Shown: positions 19,068 through 28,462 of the stretch, piece after piece
Layout: each line of letters opens with the position of its first letter
Numbering within the stretch: position 1 is the first letter of the stretch
Source: Candidatus Iainarchaeum sp.
Lineage (GTDB): Archaea > B1Sed10-29 > WALL01
Direction: 5' to 3'
Assembly: GCA_023129115.1 (NCBI GenBank)
Contig: JAGMCR010000011.1
Location: forward strand, 43,909 to 107,908
DNA length: 64,000 nt
Program-made: the position numbers and the translations under genes
Notes under the pieces: model-generated
Database searches by the model: none
Told to the model about the DNA's origin: nothing
The model's input: only the letters and a program-made list of their open reading frames with translations

Positions 19068-19466
19068 ATGGCTGTAGTATATGTCGATACTAATGTCTAT
19101 CTTGACTATTTTGAAAACCGCTGTGACCGGCTGAGGCCGCTCGGCGAGTTTGCCTTCCAATTTTTTAGGAGGGCGCTGAAATGTGAATTTGAGATTGTAA
19201 TGTCAGACCATGTCATGGATGAGCTCGAGTCAGTTGTTTCTATTGAAACGATTGACATGTTTCTTGAGCCACTAAAAAAGAAAAATAAGATAAAGCTTGT
19301 TTTTGTGGAGCAAGCAGACGTCAGGAGGGCAAAGCGTTTGCCGACTCACTGGCAGGATGCGCTCCACGCCGTACTGGCCGAGAAAGCCGGAGCTGAGTTA
19401 ATTGTAACCCGCAATGCTAATGACTTCGCCGGATTATTCCAGGCCGTATTTCCTGAAGATGTCTGA
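19068..19466 (+). CDS. PIN-domain (VapC-like) ribonuclease
   Basis: VYVDTNVYLD, VMDEL, DALHAVLA, IVTRNANDF. Confidence 0.85.
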   Translation: MAVVYVDTNVYLDYFENRCDRLRPLGEFAFQFFRRALKCEFEIVMSDHVMDELESVVSIETIDMFLEPLKKKNKIKLVFVEQADVRRAKRLPTHWQDALHAVLAEKAGAELIVTRNANDFAGLFQAVFPEDV

Positions 19467-19715
19467 CCGGTCCTTCTGGATGTTTTTTTCCGCCCACGCC
19501 TGGCGTTCCTTGCGAGTCATTCTTTTTATTGGCTTGACGCTCCCCTTCAACTTCTCAAGCTTGCGGATGGCGACCATGGTCTCGTATTCCTCGTTCATCC
19601 GGCGAATGCTTTCCCTCACGTATTCTTGGACATTGCTGAACCCGAACTCATTGGCAAGGGCCTTTGCTTCCTTGTAGGCCAGGTCAGGAATGCGCAAGTG
19701 CACCATCTTCCCCAT
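19434..19715 (-). CDS. Putative RHH-type antitoxin
   Basis: MVHLRIPD...GFSNVQEYVRESIRR fits a ribbon-helix-helix pattern. Convergent with the PIN gene, 33-nt overlap. Confidence 0.6.
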   Translation of the reverse strand: MGKMVHLRIPDLAYKEAKALANEFGFSNVQEYVRESIRRMNEEYETMVAIRKLEKLKGSVKPIKRMTRKERQAWAEKNIQKDRSDIFRKYGLE

Positions 19716-19770
19716 GATACTATTTGATACCTAATTGGTATTTATGCGTATTGGTGGTGGGGGGGCATTA

Positions 19771-19847
19771 AACAACCCTTTTTCTGTTACAGGGGGTTAG
19801 CAGGCAAGCTAACCCCCTGAACGGCGGAAAAGCGTTGATGGAAAAAA
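19771..19847 (-). repeat. Bipartite repeat, copy B, with internal 12-bp hairpin
   Basis: Arms as in copy A. The centre CAGGGGGTTAGC-aggcaa-GCTAACCCCCTG (19790-19819) is a perfect stem. Confidence 0.85.
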
Positions 19848-19888
19848 GGGAGCGACATTTATATACTCTCTAATGGTATAATCCTAGT

Positions 19889-22800
19889 ATGGATAGGGCG
19901 TCCGCTGTGTTCATCGCGTTCCTCCTAATGTTCTCGCTGCTCACGCCATACACTGTGATGGCGCAGGAGAACGGCGGCGAAGAAGTGCCGGTGGCAGTGG
20001 TCATCCCTGCGAACGCGACTGGCTTCTGCCCGATTGGCCAGGCGCTTGAGGTCGTGAGCCTCGACTACCGCCAGGCCACTGCGCTGCAGGGCATCGTGAC
20101 GCAGGACATCGCGACTTCTGCCGAGGAGTACCGCAGGCAGGCCGCGCTCGAAGAGCTCGGCGTGGACACGCGGGGCGACCGCGCGAAGGTCGCGGACAAG
20201 TACAACTTTTATTTCATGGGCCCGGACGGGACCGTGTTTTACTACGAGGTCCTGGACGACTTGATGAAGCCGAACAACGGCTACTTGATTGGCACCGAGA
20301 TAACCGGCCGCATCGAGTACGGCGGGCACTTGCGCGAGAACCTGGCGATGTGCGGCAAGACGCCCGCGAATGTAACGACTTCGCCGTGCTCGGACAACGC
20401 GGACATAGTGAAGCGCGAGAGCTATTTCGACAGCGTCAAGGCCGCGGCGTCTTCTCCGGACGCGAAGGCGCAGCTGATTTCGGTGGTCACGACCCTCGCG
20501 CCGATGGAGGAATTGACTCCGGCGGACGTGCTGAACATTGGGCAGTCGCGCCTGCGGATGACGAGCTTCACCACAACGATGGCGACGAGCGGCCCGGGCT
20601 CCGCCGTATTTGTATTGCCACAAGCCCTCGTGATGTACACTGCGGCGATGAAGAAGCTCGACATGATTGACATCGCGCTTGCCGTGGTCGCGATGGGCTC
20701 GATTTTCGCGAACCAGGGCCGCATGGCGAAGGACCTGGGCATGGAGGACACTGGCTTCTGGAAAAAAATCAAGGGAATGTTCAAGGCCAACAACCCCACG
20801 AACGAAATCCTGGACGAGGCGGGCCACCTCCGCTACGCAGAAAACATTGTCGACAATTCAGCCGACTTCACGAGGTACATTGACGAGGCGCAGGAGCTCA
20901 TAATTACCGGCAAGGACCCGAAAAAAATATTCCGCGCCACCGAGAACGCCCTGACAGAGGCAAAGAACTACAAGAACTCAATCAAGACCCTGAGCTCAAG
21001 GTACGACGACATGATAAAAAGCCTTGGCAAAAACTCCAAGCTGTCTGATGACGCAATAGGGGCTCTATTCCACAACTCCGACGACATGACGGCCTTCTTG
21101 AAGGCGAACGGCTATACTGATGAAGTAGCCCAAGAAATAATCAGCCTGAGGGTGACTGCGGGCCACATTGACGAGCAGTACGAGGCCGCCGCCGGCCTCT
21201 TTAGGGCGAAGGGAATGCCTTCACCAGAGTACGGCAGTGCCTTGGAGACGCTCCGCTCGATGACTGCGGGCGGAGAGCAGGTGTCTGGGATGGAGGTCCG
21301 TACGCCTTTCATGCTTTTAACCGAGGGCGGGCCCCCCGGAGGAATACCGTATGAAGTAGGCGACGTATTGACAGGCGCCAAGTGGCAGGACTTCGTAACG
21401 CAGCACAACCAATACGTAAAAAACTTCCATCCACATTCAGTGAAAGTGCTCGAGCCGAACACAATCGGCTACCTGGGCACGCACTATAACAGGCAGTACG
21501 GCGGCGCCGAAGCCGCTGACACGCTTGGCTCCCTCATCTTCGGGAGCAGGGGCCTGAAGACGCGCTCGGCCACAAACCCCGCCAAGCAGTTCGTTGGCGC
21601 GTTCAAGGGCGGGGCCAGGGCCGGCGCGGGCAGGGACGCAATCCTTGGCAGTGGCACGCTCGCCAAGGTGTCATCCCTCGCAATGCGCTCGCTCGGCGCG
21701 GGCATTCTGTTGGGACCGGCGACCAAGGCCATGATGATTGCGCGCGGCCTGCACTTCGTCAACGACCTGTTCTTCCGCCAGGGCTTCTTCGAGCTCACTG
21801 GCTCGGGCCTCACGCTCCGCTTCGACAAGGACGAAGTCGGGGGCATCTATTCCGACGAGTCGGTCGTCGTGCTCCTGGCCCAGAACTCGCTCGTCCGCGG
21901 GCTCCTAACGTCCTACATGGGCGGCGAGCTCGGCGCAATCTTCTTCGGCCTGCTCGGCGACGCCAGCGGCACGCTCGAGCCACTAACCAACAAGGCCAAC
22001 CTGCTCGGCGACGTCCTCTTGTTCGGCGGCATAATGTACCCGCCAGCCGGCGGAGTCATCGAAGTGGTCGAGGAAAACCCGAGCGGCACCACGCACATCG
22101 AGCAAAAGGAAAACTATTACATCATGCACATCCGCGAGTGGGACGACCACGTCTTCTCCGCCGTGGAAGACGTGCGCACCATGGAGAAGAGGAGCGACGA
22201 GGGAAGCATCGTCACCGCCATGGGCATGTGGACCCACAAAGTGGACCTCTACGGCCACATGTACTCGCAGGAGGACATGCCGGCAGGCGTCTTCACCAAG
22301 GCAGACCCCTTCATAAGCAAAATCGGCACGTGGGGCGTCTACTCCAACCTGCTGATTTCGTCGTCGGCCTACTACATGTTCTTCTCGCCAGGCCACATGA
22401 CTGTCACGGGCAAAGCGTTCTCGATGCTCGGCATGCCCCTCGGCGCGTTCCTCACGGCCAAGGGGAGCATGCTCGCGGGCAGGGAATTCCTCACGTCGCA
22501 ATATACCTCGATGGAAAAGCTCGCCGCGTGCATCGCCCAGGAAGAAAACCGCACCACGCTGGAGGCGTTCAAGGAAGAGGCAATCGAGGCCACCATCCCG
22601 GTCACGCAGCCGTTGAGGGAGCTAATCAGCGAAAAAATCGAGCCCGAGTACGAGTGCGGCAGGGCGTCGTGCGAGCAGGCGCTGAACGACTGCCTCAGGA
22701 ACGAGGGAATGAGCTCCGCGGGAATGGCGGTCACGGGCGCGCTCGGCTACGCCGCTCTCGGCCCGGTCGGCATAGCAGCCGTCACCGTGGTGGACGTCGC

Positions 22801-24487
22801 AATGTCGATTTACAAAATCCAGTTGAGGAAATACTGCCTCGAGACCCTGGCGAGCTGCGACGAGCACACCTTCACCATCGTGGGCGCCGCGCAGTACAGC
22901 GACCCCGCACTGATTGCGGAGCAGCAGCAGAGCGAGCAGCTCAAGGGGCTGCCCGGCCTAGAGGAGCTGCCAATCAATGACTTCCTCGACGCGACCGGCC
23001 TCGGCAATGTCACGAACCCGCTCCAGGAGTTCTCGCAGCAGCAGCTCAACGTGCACACCGAGGGCTACGGCGCGTCTGGCAGGATAGCGTTCGACGAAGT
23101 CTTTTACACCCACCTGCAGGACGTCTCAATCCAGTGGCTCGAGGGCAACCTGCCCGTGAACCTGTGCTCCTTGGACGACAAGGGCGACCCCGAGGAAGAG
23201 AACTGCCTCAAAATCAACGGCGACTCGGTGATGGTGGGCGGCAGGACAATTGTCACGGACGAGCTCGTGCCCTTCAAGTGGATGGACACCGAGCTGCCGG
23301 CGCTGGTCATCCCCAACACCGCAGTGGTGGTCAACATAGCCAATGCCGGCGACTGCACGCTCTTCACGGTCGACAAGACGGGCACGCGCCTCTTGCTGCA
23401 CGAGGACGTAATCAGCAAGTTCGAGTCAGAGGGCTTTGACGAGGTCGCGAGGATGCTCGGGACGCTCCGCGTAATCAACACAGACGAGGGCTCGATTTAT
23501 CCGAGTGTTGACTACAACGGCGACTTCCGCCTGGAGCACGACCGGCCGGACGGCTCGTTCGGCTACAGCGAGGAGGGCGTCGAAGTCACGGCGTCCGCGA
23601 ACGTGCTGTTCAAGAGCGACAGCTTCGGCTTCGAGTCCGCGGTCTTCACCGGCGGCTCCATCATCAAAAAGGGCGACAAAATCTATATTCTTCCCAAGTT
23701 CTTCATGCCCGAAATGAGCGGCAAGCAGTGGCTCCAGTACACGAAGGGCACGCCGTTCCGCAGCGACACGGGCGAGGCCCTCGAGGTGCTGGACGCGGTC
23801 GGGAATGTAATCGGCCTCGACGCAGCCCTTGCGAGGATTCCGGGCGGCGAGAAGCTCGGCACCATCACGCGGCTCGACGCGTGGAAGGACGTGAACGGCG
23901 ACGGCAAGGTCCAGGACGACGAGCAGGCCGGCTGGCGCTTCTACACGGACGAAAAGAACGAGTCCAAGTTCGAGATGTGGTACAACGGCGAGAAGGAAGT
24001 GTACGACGCGGACCAGATTGAGATTGACGAGGAGACTGGCAGCATCCGCGTGTACGAGAAGGACCAGCCGCACGTCGAGGCGAACCTGTTGAGGGAGCTC
24101 GAGACCAAGGTGGACTCGCTGGGTCGCACCTTATTGACAATCCGCGACGGCCAGGGCAACCTCTTGCTGGAGGAGGCGCTCGTCACTTACCTCAAGGGCA
24201 CGGGCGGCGCAATCCGCTACGACGCGGACAACAACAACTATATTTTCGTGAACGGCCAGCCCGTTGAATTAAACAACGACTTCAAGCTCAACGGCTTCAA
24301 CCCAATCACGGGCAGGACCGACCCGCCGCTGCTCCAGCCGAGCAGCGCCCGCGCCGCGGTCTCGCCGTACGAGGAAGGCGAAATCGAGCCGCCGGCAGTG
24401 CCGCTGCACGAGGAAGGCATTGGGCTCCTGCTTTACGCCCTCGTGCTCGCCGCGGGGATGTACCTGGTCTACTACCGCAAGACTTAG
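19889..24487 (+). CDS. Large (1532 aa) exported protein with C-terminal membrane anchor
   Basis: N-terminal signal peptide; internal Gly/Ala-rich hydrophobic segments; C-terminus EPPAVPLHEEGIGLLLYALVLAAGMYLVYYRKT. Confidence 0.75.
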   Translation: MDRASAVFIAFLLMFSLLTPYTVMAQENGGEEVPVAVVIPANATGFCPIGQALEVVSLDYRQATALQGIVTQDIATSAEEYRRQAALEELGVDTRGDRAKVADKYNFYFMGPDGTVFYYEVLDDLMKPNNGYLIGTEITGRIEYGGHLRENLAMCGKTPANVTTSPCSDNADIVKRESYFDSVKAAASSPDAKAQLISVVTTLAPMEELTPADVLNIGQSRLRMTSFTTTMATSGPGSAVFVLPQALVMYTAAMKKLDMIDIALAVVAMGSIFANQGRMAKDLGMEDTGFWKKIKGMFKANNPTNEILDEAGHLRYAENIVDNSADFTRYIDEAQELIITGKDPKKIFRATENALTEAKNYKNSIKTLSSRYDDMIKSLGKNSKLSDDAIGALFHNSDDMTAFLKANGYTDEVAQEIISLRVTAGHIDEQYEAAAGLFRAKGMPSPEYGSALETLRSMTAGGEQVSGMEVRTPFMLLTEGGPPGGIPYEVGDVLTGAKWQDFVTQHNQYVKNFHPHSVKVLEPNTIGYLGTHYNRQYGGAEAADTLGSLIFGSRGLKTRSATNPAKQFVGAFKGGARAGAGRDAILGSGTLAKVSSLAMRSLGAGILLGPATKAMMIARGLHFVNDLFFRQGFFELTGSGLTLRFDKDEVGGIYSDESVVVLLAQNSLVRGLLTSYMGGELGAIFFGLLGDASGTLEPLTNKANLLGDVLLFGGIMYPPAGGVIEVVEENPSGTTHIEQKENYYIMHIREWDDHVFSAVEDVRTMEKRSDEGSIVTAMGMWTHKVDLYGHMYSQEDMPAGVFTKADPFISKIGTWGVYSNLLISSSAYYMFFSPGHMTVTGKAFSMLGMPLGAFLTAKGSMLAGREFLTSQYTSMEKLAACIAQEENRTTLEAFKEEAIEATIPVTQPLRELISEKIEPEYECGRASCEQALNDCLRNEGMSSAGMAVTGALGYAALGPVGIAAVTVVDVAMSIYKIQLRKYCLETLASCDEHTFTIVGAAQYSDPALIAEQQQSEQLKGLPGLEELPINDFLDATGLGNVTNPLQEFSQQQLNVHTEGYGASGRIAFDEVFYTHLQDVSIQWLEGNLPVNLCSLDDKGDPEEENCLKINGDSVMVGGRTIVTDELVPFKWMDTELPALVIPNTAVVVNIANAGDCTLFTVDKTGTRLLLHEDVISKFESEGFDEVARMLGTLRVINTDEGSIYPSVDYNGDFRLEHDRPDGSFGYSEEGVEVTASANVLFKSDSFGFESAVFTGGSIIKKGDKIYILPKFFMPEMSGKQWLQYTKGTPFRSDTGEALEVLDAVGNVIGLDAALARIPGGEKLGTITRLDAWKDVNGDGKVQDDEQAGWRFYTDEKNESKFEMWYNGEKEVYDADQIEIDEETGSIRVYEKDQPHVEANLLRELETKVDSLGRTLLTIRDGQGNLLLEEALVTYLKGTGGAIRYDADNNNYIFVNGQPVELNNDFKLNGFNPITGRTDPPLLQPSSARAAVSPYEEGEIEPPAVPLHEEGIGLLLYALVLAAGMYLVYYRKT

Positions 24488-24500
24488 GGAGTGTTTTTCT

Positions 24501-25424
24501 ATGGAACCTGTTAGGGATATTCATGCAACTGGGAATGTCGAAGAGCTGATGAGGCAGTACCGTGACTCGGGCGGCTTCACGGCAAAAAAATTGGGGGTGG
24601 CTGCCGACATCTACAAGAAGATGCTCGGCGACGACTGCACAAAGTTCCTGTCGTTCCCGGCGTGCATCACCGCAACGGGGACGCGCGGCATCATCGCTGA
24701 GATGGTCAAGGAAAAAATGGTGGACGTTGTTGTCACGACTTGCGGCACGATGGACCACGACCTCGCGCGACTGTGGCGCGACTACTACCACGGCTCTTTC
24801 CAGGCGGACGACGCGGAGCTGCACCGGAAGGGCATCAACCGGCTGGGGAACGTCTTCGTCCCAAACGATTCGTACGGCATTATCCTGGAGCAAAAGATGC
24901 AGGAAATCCTCCCGAAGCTGCACAAGCAAAAAGCCGAGTGGTCCACGCGCGACCTAGTGTGGGCTTTTGGCGAGGCAATCAAGGGCGAGGAAAAGGCAGA
25001 GGAGTCAATCGCCTACTGGGCGTGGAAGAACAAGGTCCCTGTGTTCCTGCCCGGTCCGTTGGACGGGGCGTGGGGCTCGCAGCTCTGGATGTACTGGCAG
25101 GACGGCAACAAGGACTTCAGGCTGAACCTGTTCGAGGACGAGCAGGCGCTTAGCGAAATAGTCTTCGACGCGAAGAGCACGGGCGCATTAATAATTGGCG
25201 GCGGCATCAGCAAGCACCACGTGATTTGGTGGAACCAGTTCCGCGGCGGCCTGGACTACGCGGTCGGCATCACGACTGCGGCGGAGTGGGACGGCTCGCT
25301 CTCCGGAGCCAGGGTGCGCGAGGGAGTGTCGTGGGGCAAGGTAAAGGAAGACGCCAAGTACGTTACTGTCGAGGGCGACGCGACAATACTGCTGCCGCTG
25401 CTCGTGAGTGCTGTAAAAAAGTAG
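24501..25424 (+). CDS. dhs: Deoxyhypusine synthase
   Basis: SGGFTAKKLG, GINRLGNVFVPN, IIGGGISKHH, DGSLSGARVREGVSWGK, EGDATILLP. Confidence 0.93.
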   Translation: MEPVRDIHATGNVEELMRQYRDSGGFTAKKLGVAADIYKKMLGDDCTKFLSFPACITATGTRGIIAEMVKEKMVDVVVTTCGTMDHDLARLWRDYYHGSFQADDAELHRKGINRLGNVFVPNDSYGIILEQKMQEILPKLHKQKAEWSTRDLVWAFGEAIKGEEKAEESIAYWAWKNKVPVFLPGPLDGAWGSQLWMYWQDGNKDFRLNLFEDEQALSEIVFDAKSTGALIIGGGISKHHVIWWNQFRGGLDYAVGITTAAEWDGSLSGARVREGVSWGKVKEDAKYVTVEGDATILLPLLVSAVKK

Positions 25425-25943
25425 CTACTTCCGCTTCACCTGCTTTTTCTTGACTTTCTTTTTGGGCCCGCCGAACTCTTCGAGCGGCGGGGTCCGCAAG
25501 TATTCCACCTTTATCTGGGGAATGTCGCCTTTGGGGTCCACCCTGATGCGGAACTTGTAGTCCCGCCCAGCAGCGTTTTTTTCTGCTTCGGCCCTAAAGC
25601 CCCCCAGGAGATTGCTGGCTTTTTTGGGGCCGTGGAATCCAAGTGACTCGGCGTCCATGTCAAAGCCCTTGACGACTTCGACTTTTCTCTGGTACTTTTC
25701 GTTTTCATGGCCGTCGACAAAGGGCTTCATCACCACGCCTATTTGGTTGGGGCTGAGCTCCTGGACGAGGCTTGCGACGCCTTCGTCCTCCATAAGCTCT
25801 TTCACTCTCGACTTCCAGTTGCCGGGCCGCTCGTATTTCTCGTCCAAGTATCCGCTCGCCATTTCTTCCTTCGTGAGCTCGTTGTCCACCCACCTCTCGA
25901 CAAGCTGCTTGAAGCCCTCCCAGTCCTCATCCCTTTCAGCCAA
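25425..25943 (-). CDS. Hypothetical protein with Lys-rich C-terminus
   Basis: 172 aa ORF with coding-like composition; TTG start; no motif recognised. Confidence 0.55.
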   Translation of the reverse strand: MAERDEDWEGFKQLVERWVDNELTKEEMASGYLDEKYERPGNWKSRVKELMEDEGVASLVQELSPNQIGVVMKPFVDGHENEKYQRKVEVVKGFDMDAESLGFHGPKKASNLLGGFRAEAEKNAAGRDYKFRIRVDPKGDIPQIKVEYLRTPPLEEFGGPKKKVKKKQVKRK

Positions 25944-26054
25944 TCAGTTCACCGAATACAATTAGGCAGTCCCGCATTTAAACGCTTTTCGTGACGTACA
26001 GCTCCTTTTCTTTAGAAAAGAAAAGTAGCTGGCAGTCAAAAGAAACTATTTGAG

Positions 26055-26591
26055 CTATACCGACTTGGTGACGTAGGGGAATGCAAACAGGTTGTCCGCG
26101 ATGTGCAGCGGCGGCCTCGCGTCGTCGACCTTGAGGTTGCCGCTCTCGTCCACGTATTCCTCGTTGGCCGAGATGGCGACGACTTTGCCGATGACCATGA
26201 TGTGGTCCCCCGCCTTTTTCGAGAACTCTTCGTAGCACTCGATGTGCGCCACGCACTCCGAGAGCCTCGGCGGCCGCACCTTTTCGGATGGCTCGGTCTT
26301 GAGCTTGGCCTTGTCGATTTTGCTCTCGTTCGGGTCCCACTTGCCGCCCGCAATCCAGAGCTTGTCAAGGATTTTCTCGGTCGGGATGTTGATCACGAAC
26401 TCTTTCACGCGCGTCATGGCCCAGTACGAGTGCTTGTTCACGCCCACGCTCAGCATGATGAGCGGCGGGTCGAAAGAGACAGGCGCCACGAACGAGAACG
26501 GGGAGACGTCTGTGCGGCCCTTTTCATCGATTGTGGTGACTAGCACTGTTAGCTTAGGCGACATGAGCCTGTAATAGTCCTGCAGACGCAC
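26055..26591 (-). CDS. Flavin reductase-like (FMN-binding split barrel) protein
   Basis: VLVTT...SPFSFVAPVSFDPPLI, EFVINIP, AHIEC, GDHIMVIGKVV. Start reassigned to GTG 26591 (uncertain). Confidence 0.85.
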   Translation of the reverse strand: MRLQDYYRLMSPKLTVLVTTIDEKGRTDVSPFSFVAPVSFDPPLIMLSVGVNKHSYWAMTRVKEFVINIPTEKILDKLWIAGGKWDPNESKIDKAKLKTEPSEKVRPPRLSECVAHIECYEEFSKKAGDHIMVIGKVVAISANEEYVDESGNLKVDDARPPLHIADNLFAFPYVTKSV

Positions 26592-26657
26592 GTTCCTAAT
26601 TACCCGCCCAAAGTATAAAAGGCTTACTAGGGGCGGAATAGCAGTTGGGAGTGGCAA

Positions 26658-26747
26658 CCGGCCTAGGGGGGGCGTCGATTACCGCCGGCCTAGGGGGGAT
26701 GCCAATCGCCACCGGCCTAGGGGGGATGCCAATTGGCATCCCCCTAG
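26658..26747. repeat. Three 27-bp-period direct repeats ending in a hairpin
   Basis: CCGGCCTAGGGGGG at 26658, 26685 and 26712. The last copy folds as CTAGGGGGGATGCCAA/TTGGCATCCCCCTAG. Confidence 0.8.
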
Positions 26748-26782
26748 TCCAATGCGTATCCCCTAATTAGTCAGTAGAAAAC

Positions 26783-27547
26783 TCACCCGTACATCGGCGT
26801 CTTTTCCTCGGCTTCCTTGTACCTGAGCTTGCCGAGCTTGATTTGGCTGAGCATTTTCTTCATCTTGCCCTCGATTTCCTTGGCCTCGGTCAGGAGGTCA
26901 GCGGTCTTTATGTCGTAGCCGAGGAACTTCTCGAGCTTTTCCAATAGCTCTGCCGCTGCGCCGGGGTCGGGGTAGCCGTGCTCCGTCTCTATCAATAGGC
27001 TCATTGCCGGGAACTTGATGGCGTTGCACTTGGCCATGAGGATGCCGGACACGCCGGTGGTGACGCCCTCGGTGATTACCTTTACCTTCTGCTTCTCGAG
27101 GTCCTTGAGCATTGTGGGCGTGGACGCGATGCCGTAAATCTCGGACTCGACAGGGGGCTCGTTGCTCTTCTGCCGCGACGTCATTCCAGCGAGCGAAATT
27201 ATCCTTTTTATCTTGTTGTCCTTGGCCCACTTGATGATTTGGTCCGCGATGTCGTACACTGTGCTGGCCGGCACCACGAATTCCGAGAACAATAGCACTG
27301 TCTTGTGCTGGTGGTCCACGTAAATCCTGGCTGGGAACAGGGGCTCGCCCTTGTGGATGGACGCCATGGGCGGGAAATGCCTTGACATCAGGTAGCCCAT
27401 CTGCTTGGTCTTCTGCCTCTCTGCAAGGTAGCCCACAGCAATCGTGCCAATCAGTCCGATGCCTGGGAACCCCTCCACGAGGGTGTATCCCTCGACGTTT
27501 TCAGGGTTGGTTGTTACTATCTCCACGAGGAGCTCTTTTTCTGCCAT
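26783..27547 (-). CDS. Proteasome assembly chaperone (PAC2 family)
   Basis: LVEGFPGIGLIGTIA, FPPMASIHKG, ITEGVTTGVSGIL, YPDPGAAA; C-terminal PMYG. Confidence 0.88.
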   Translation of the reverse strand: MAEKELLVEIVTTNPENVEGYTLVEGFPGIGLIGTIAVGYLAERQKTKQMGYLMSRHFPPMASIHKGEPLFPARIYVDHQHKTVLLFSEFVVPASTVYDIADQIIKWAKDNKIKRIISLAGMTSRQKSNEPPVESEIYGIASTPTMLKDLEKQKVKVITEGVTTGVSGILMAKCNAIKFPAMSLLIETEHGYPDPGAAAELLEKLEKFLGYDIKTADLLTEAKEIEGKMKKMLSQIKLGKLRYKEAEEKTPMYG

Positions 27548-27578
27548 AAAACCACTTATTCGCCCCGTGTTTAAAAAG

Positions 27579-27995
27579 CTAGCGGAATGTTTTCGCGCTC
27601 AGGCTGGCGAGCCGCACGTCGATTACAGCGCCAATTTGCTGGGCCTTTAGGAGGTAGTCCTGCCTGTCCTGGGCGCGGAACTGCACGAGGACATTGCTCT
27701 CCCCGGCGAGGGCGTGCACCGCTTCCACACCCCCCACCATTTTAAGTAGCTTCGGCGCCGCCTCGGTGGGGTCGCTTGCCTTCCCTACCGCGAAGCACGC
27801 GAACCCTGCGAGGTGTTCGTCCAGGGCAGCGCCGAAGCCAGAAAAAGCCCCACCGCGCTCCAGCCTCTTCAGCCTGGATTGCGCAGTGGAGACGGGTATC
27901 CCAAGAGCATGAGCAATTTGGGTTATCCGCGGGCTCCAGTAGTCAGGGTTGCGAAGAATCTCGAGCATCCTACGGTCATCCGCGGTTATCTCCAT
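27579..27995 (-). CDS. Lrp/AsnC family transcriptional regulator
   Basis: DRRMLEIL...IAHALGIPVSTAQSRLKRLERGG HTH, followed by a RAM-like domain (VHALAGE). Confidence 0.8.
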   Translation of the reverse strand: MEITADDRRMLEILRNPDYWSPRITQIAHALGIPVSTAQSRLKRLERGGAFSGFGAALDEHLAGFACFAVGKASDPTEAAPKLLKMVGGVEAVHALAGESNVLVQFRAQDRQDYLLKAQQIGAVIDVRLASLSAKTFR

Positions 27996-28117
27996 AACTC
28001 ATACGTTAAAACAACTATTATATTTATTATTTACGAATAGTAACTGCAATAAAACAAAATAAGCGTATTTCATACGAAGAATCCAGCCAATGCGGGGTTT
28101 GGGTGTTGGGGGATGTG

Positions 28118-28462
28118 TCAGCTAGTTTTGTAGCCAAACTTTCTGTCGTATTTTTTGTGGCCCATGACGTCGAGGACAATTCCAATTAGTTCGACTTGGT
28201 CCCCTACGATGGTGTAGAGCATTCGCCAGTAGTTGTCGAGGTCTAGTTTCCAGAGGTTGTTTATCCCGTATTTTTTGATGTATTCTTTTGGCCAGAGGTT
28301 CCCCGGGATTTTTTTGCCTGCCGTGACTTTGGTGGCGACTTTTGCGATTCCCTTGTCCACTATTTTGAGTAGGTAGGTGGCTTCGCCGTTTCCTTTTTCT
28401 GCTCGTTGTTGTAGTCTCACGAATTCTTCATTGAATTCTGGGCTGAGTTTCACGGAGTACAT
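28118..28462 (-). CDS. Putative RelE-fold toxin
   Basis: YSVKLSPEF...NLWKLDLDNYWRMLYTI...MGHKKYD; TAATG overlap with the upstream gene; AT-rich. Confidence 0.6.
   Translation of the reverse strand: MYSVKLSPEFNEEFVRLQQRAEKGNGEATYLLKIVDKGIAKVATKVTAGKKIPGNLWPKEYIKKYGINNLWKLDLDNYWRMLYTIVGDQVELIGIVLDVMGHKKYDRKFGYKTS

Noticed and set aside
24501-25424. Functional link between deoxyhypusine synthase and translation of Pro-rich surface proteins
   Set aside because: Adjacency is the only evidence; dhs is a general housekeeping gene.
26658-26747. Possible mini CRISPR array
   Set aside because: Period only 27 nt, the 'spacers' resemble each other, and no cas genes are nearby.
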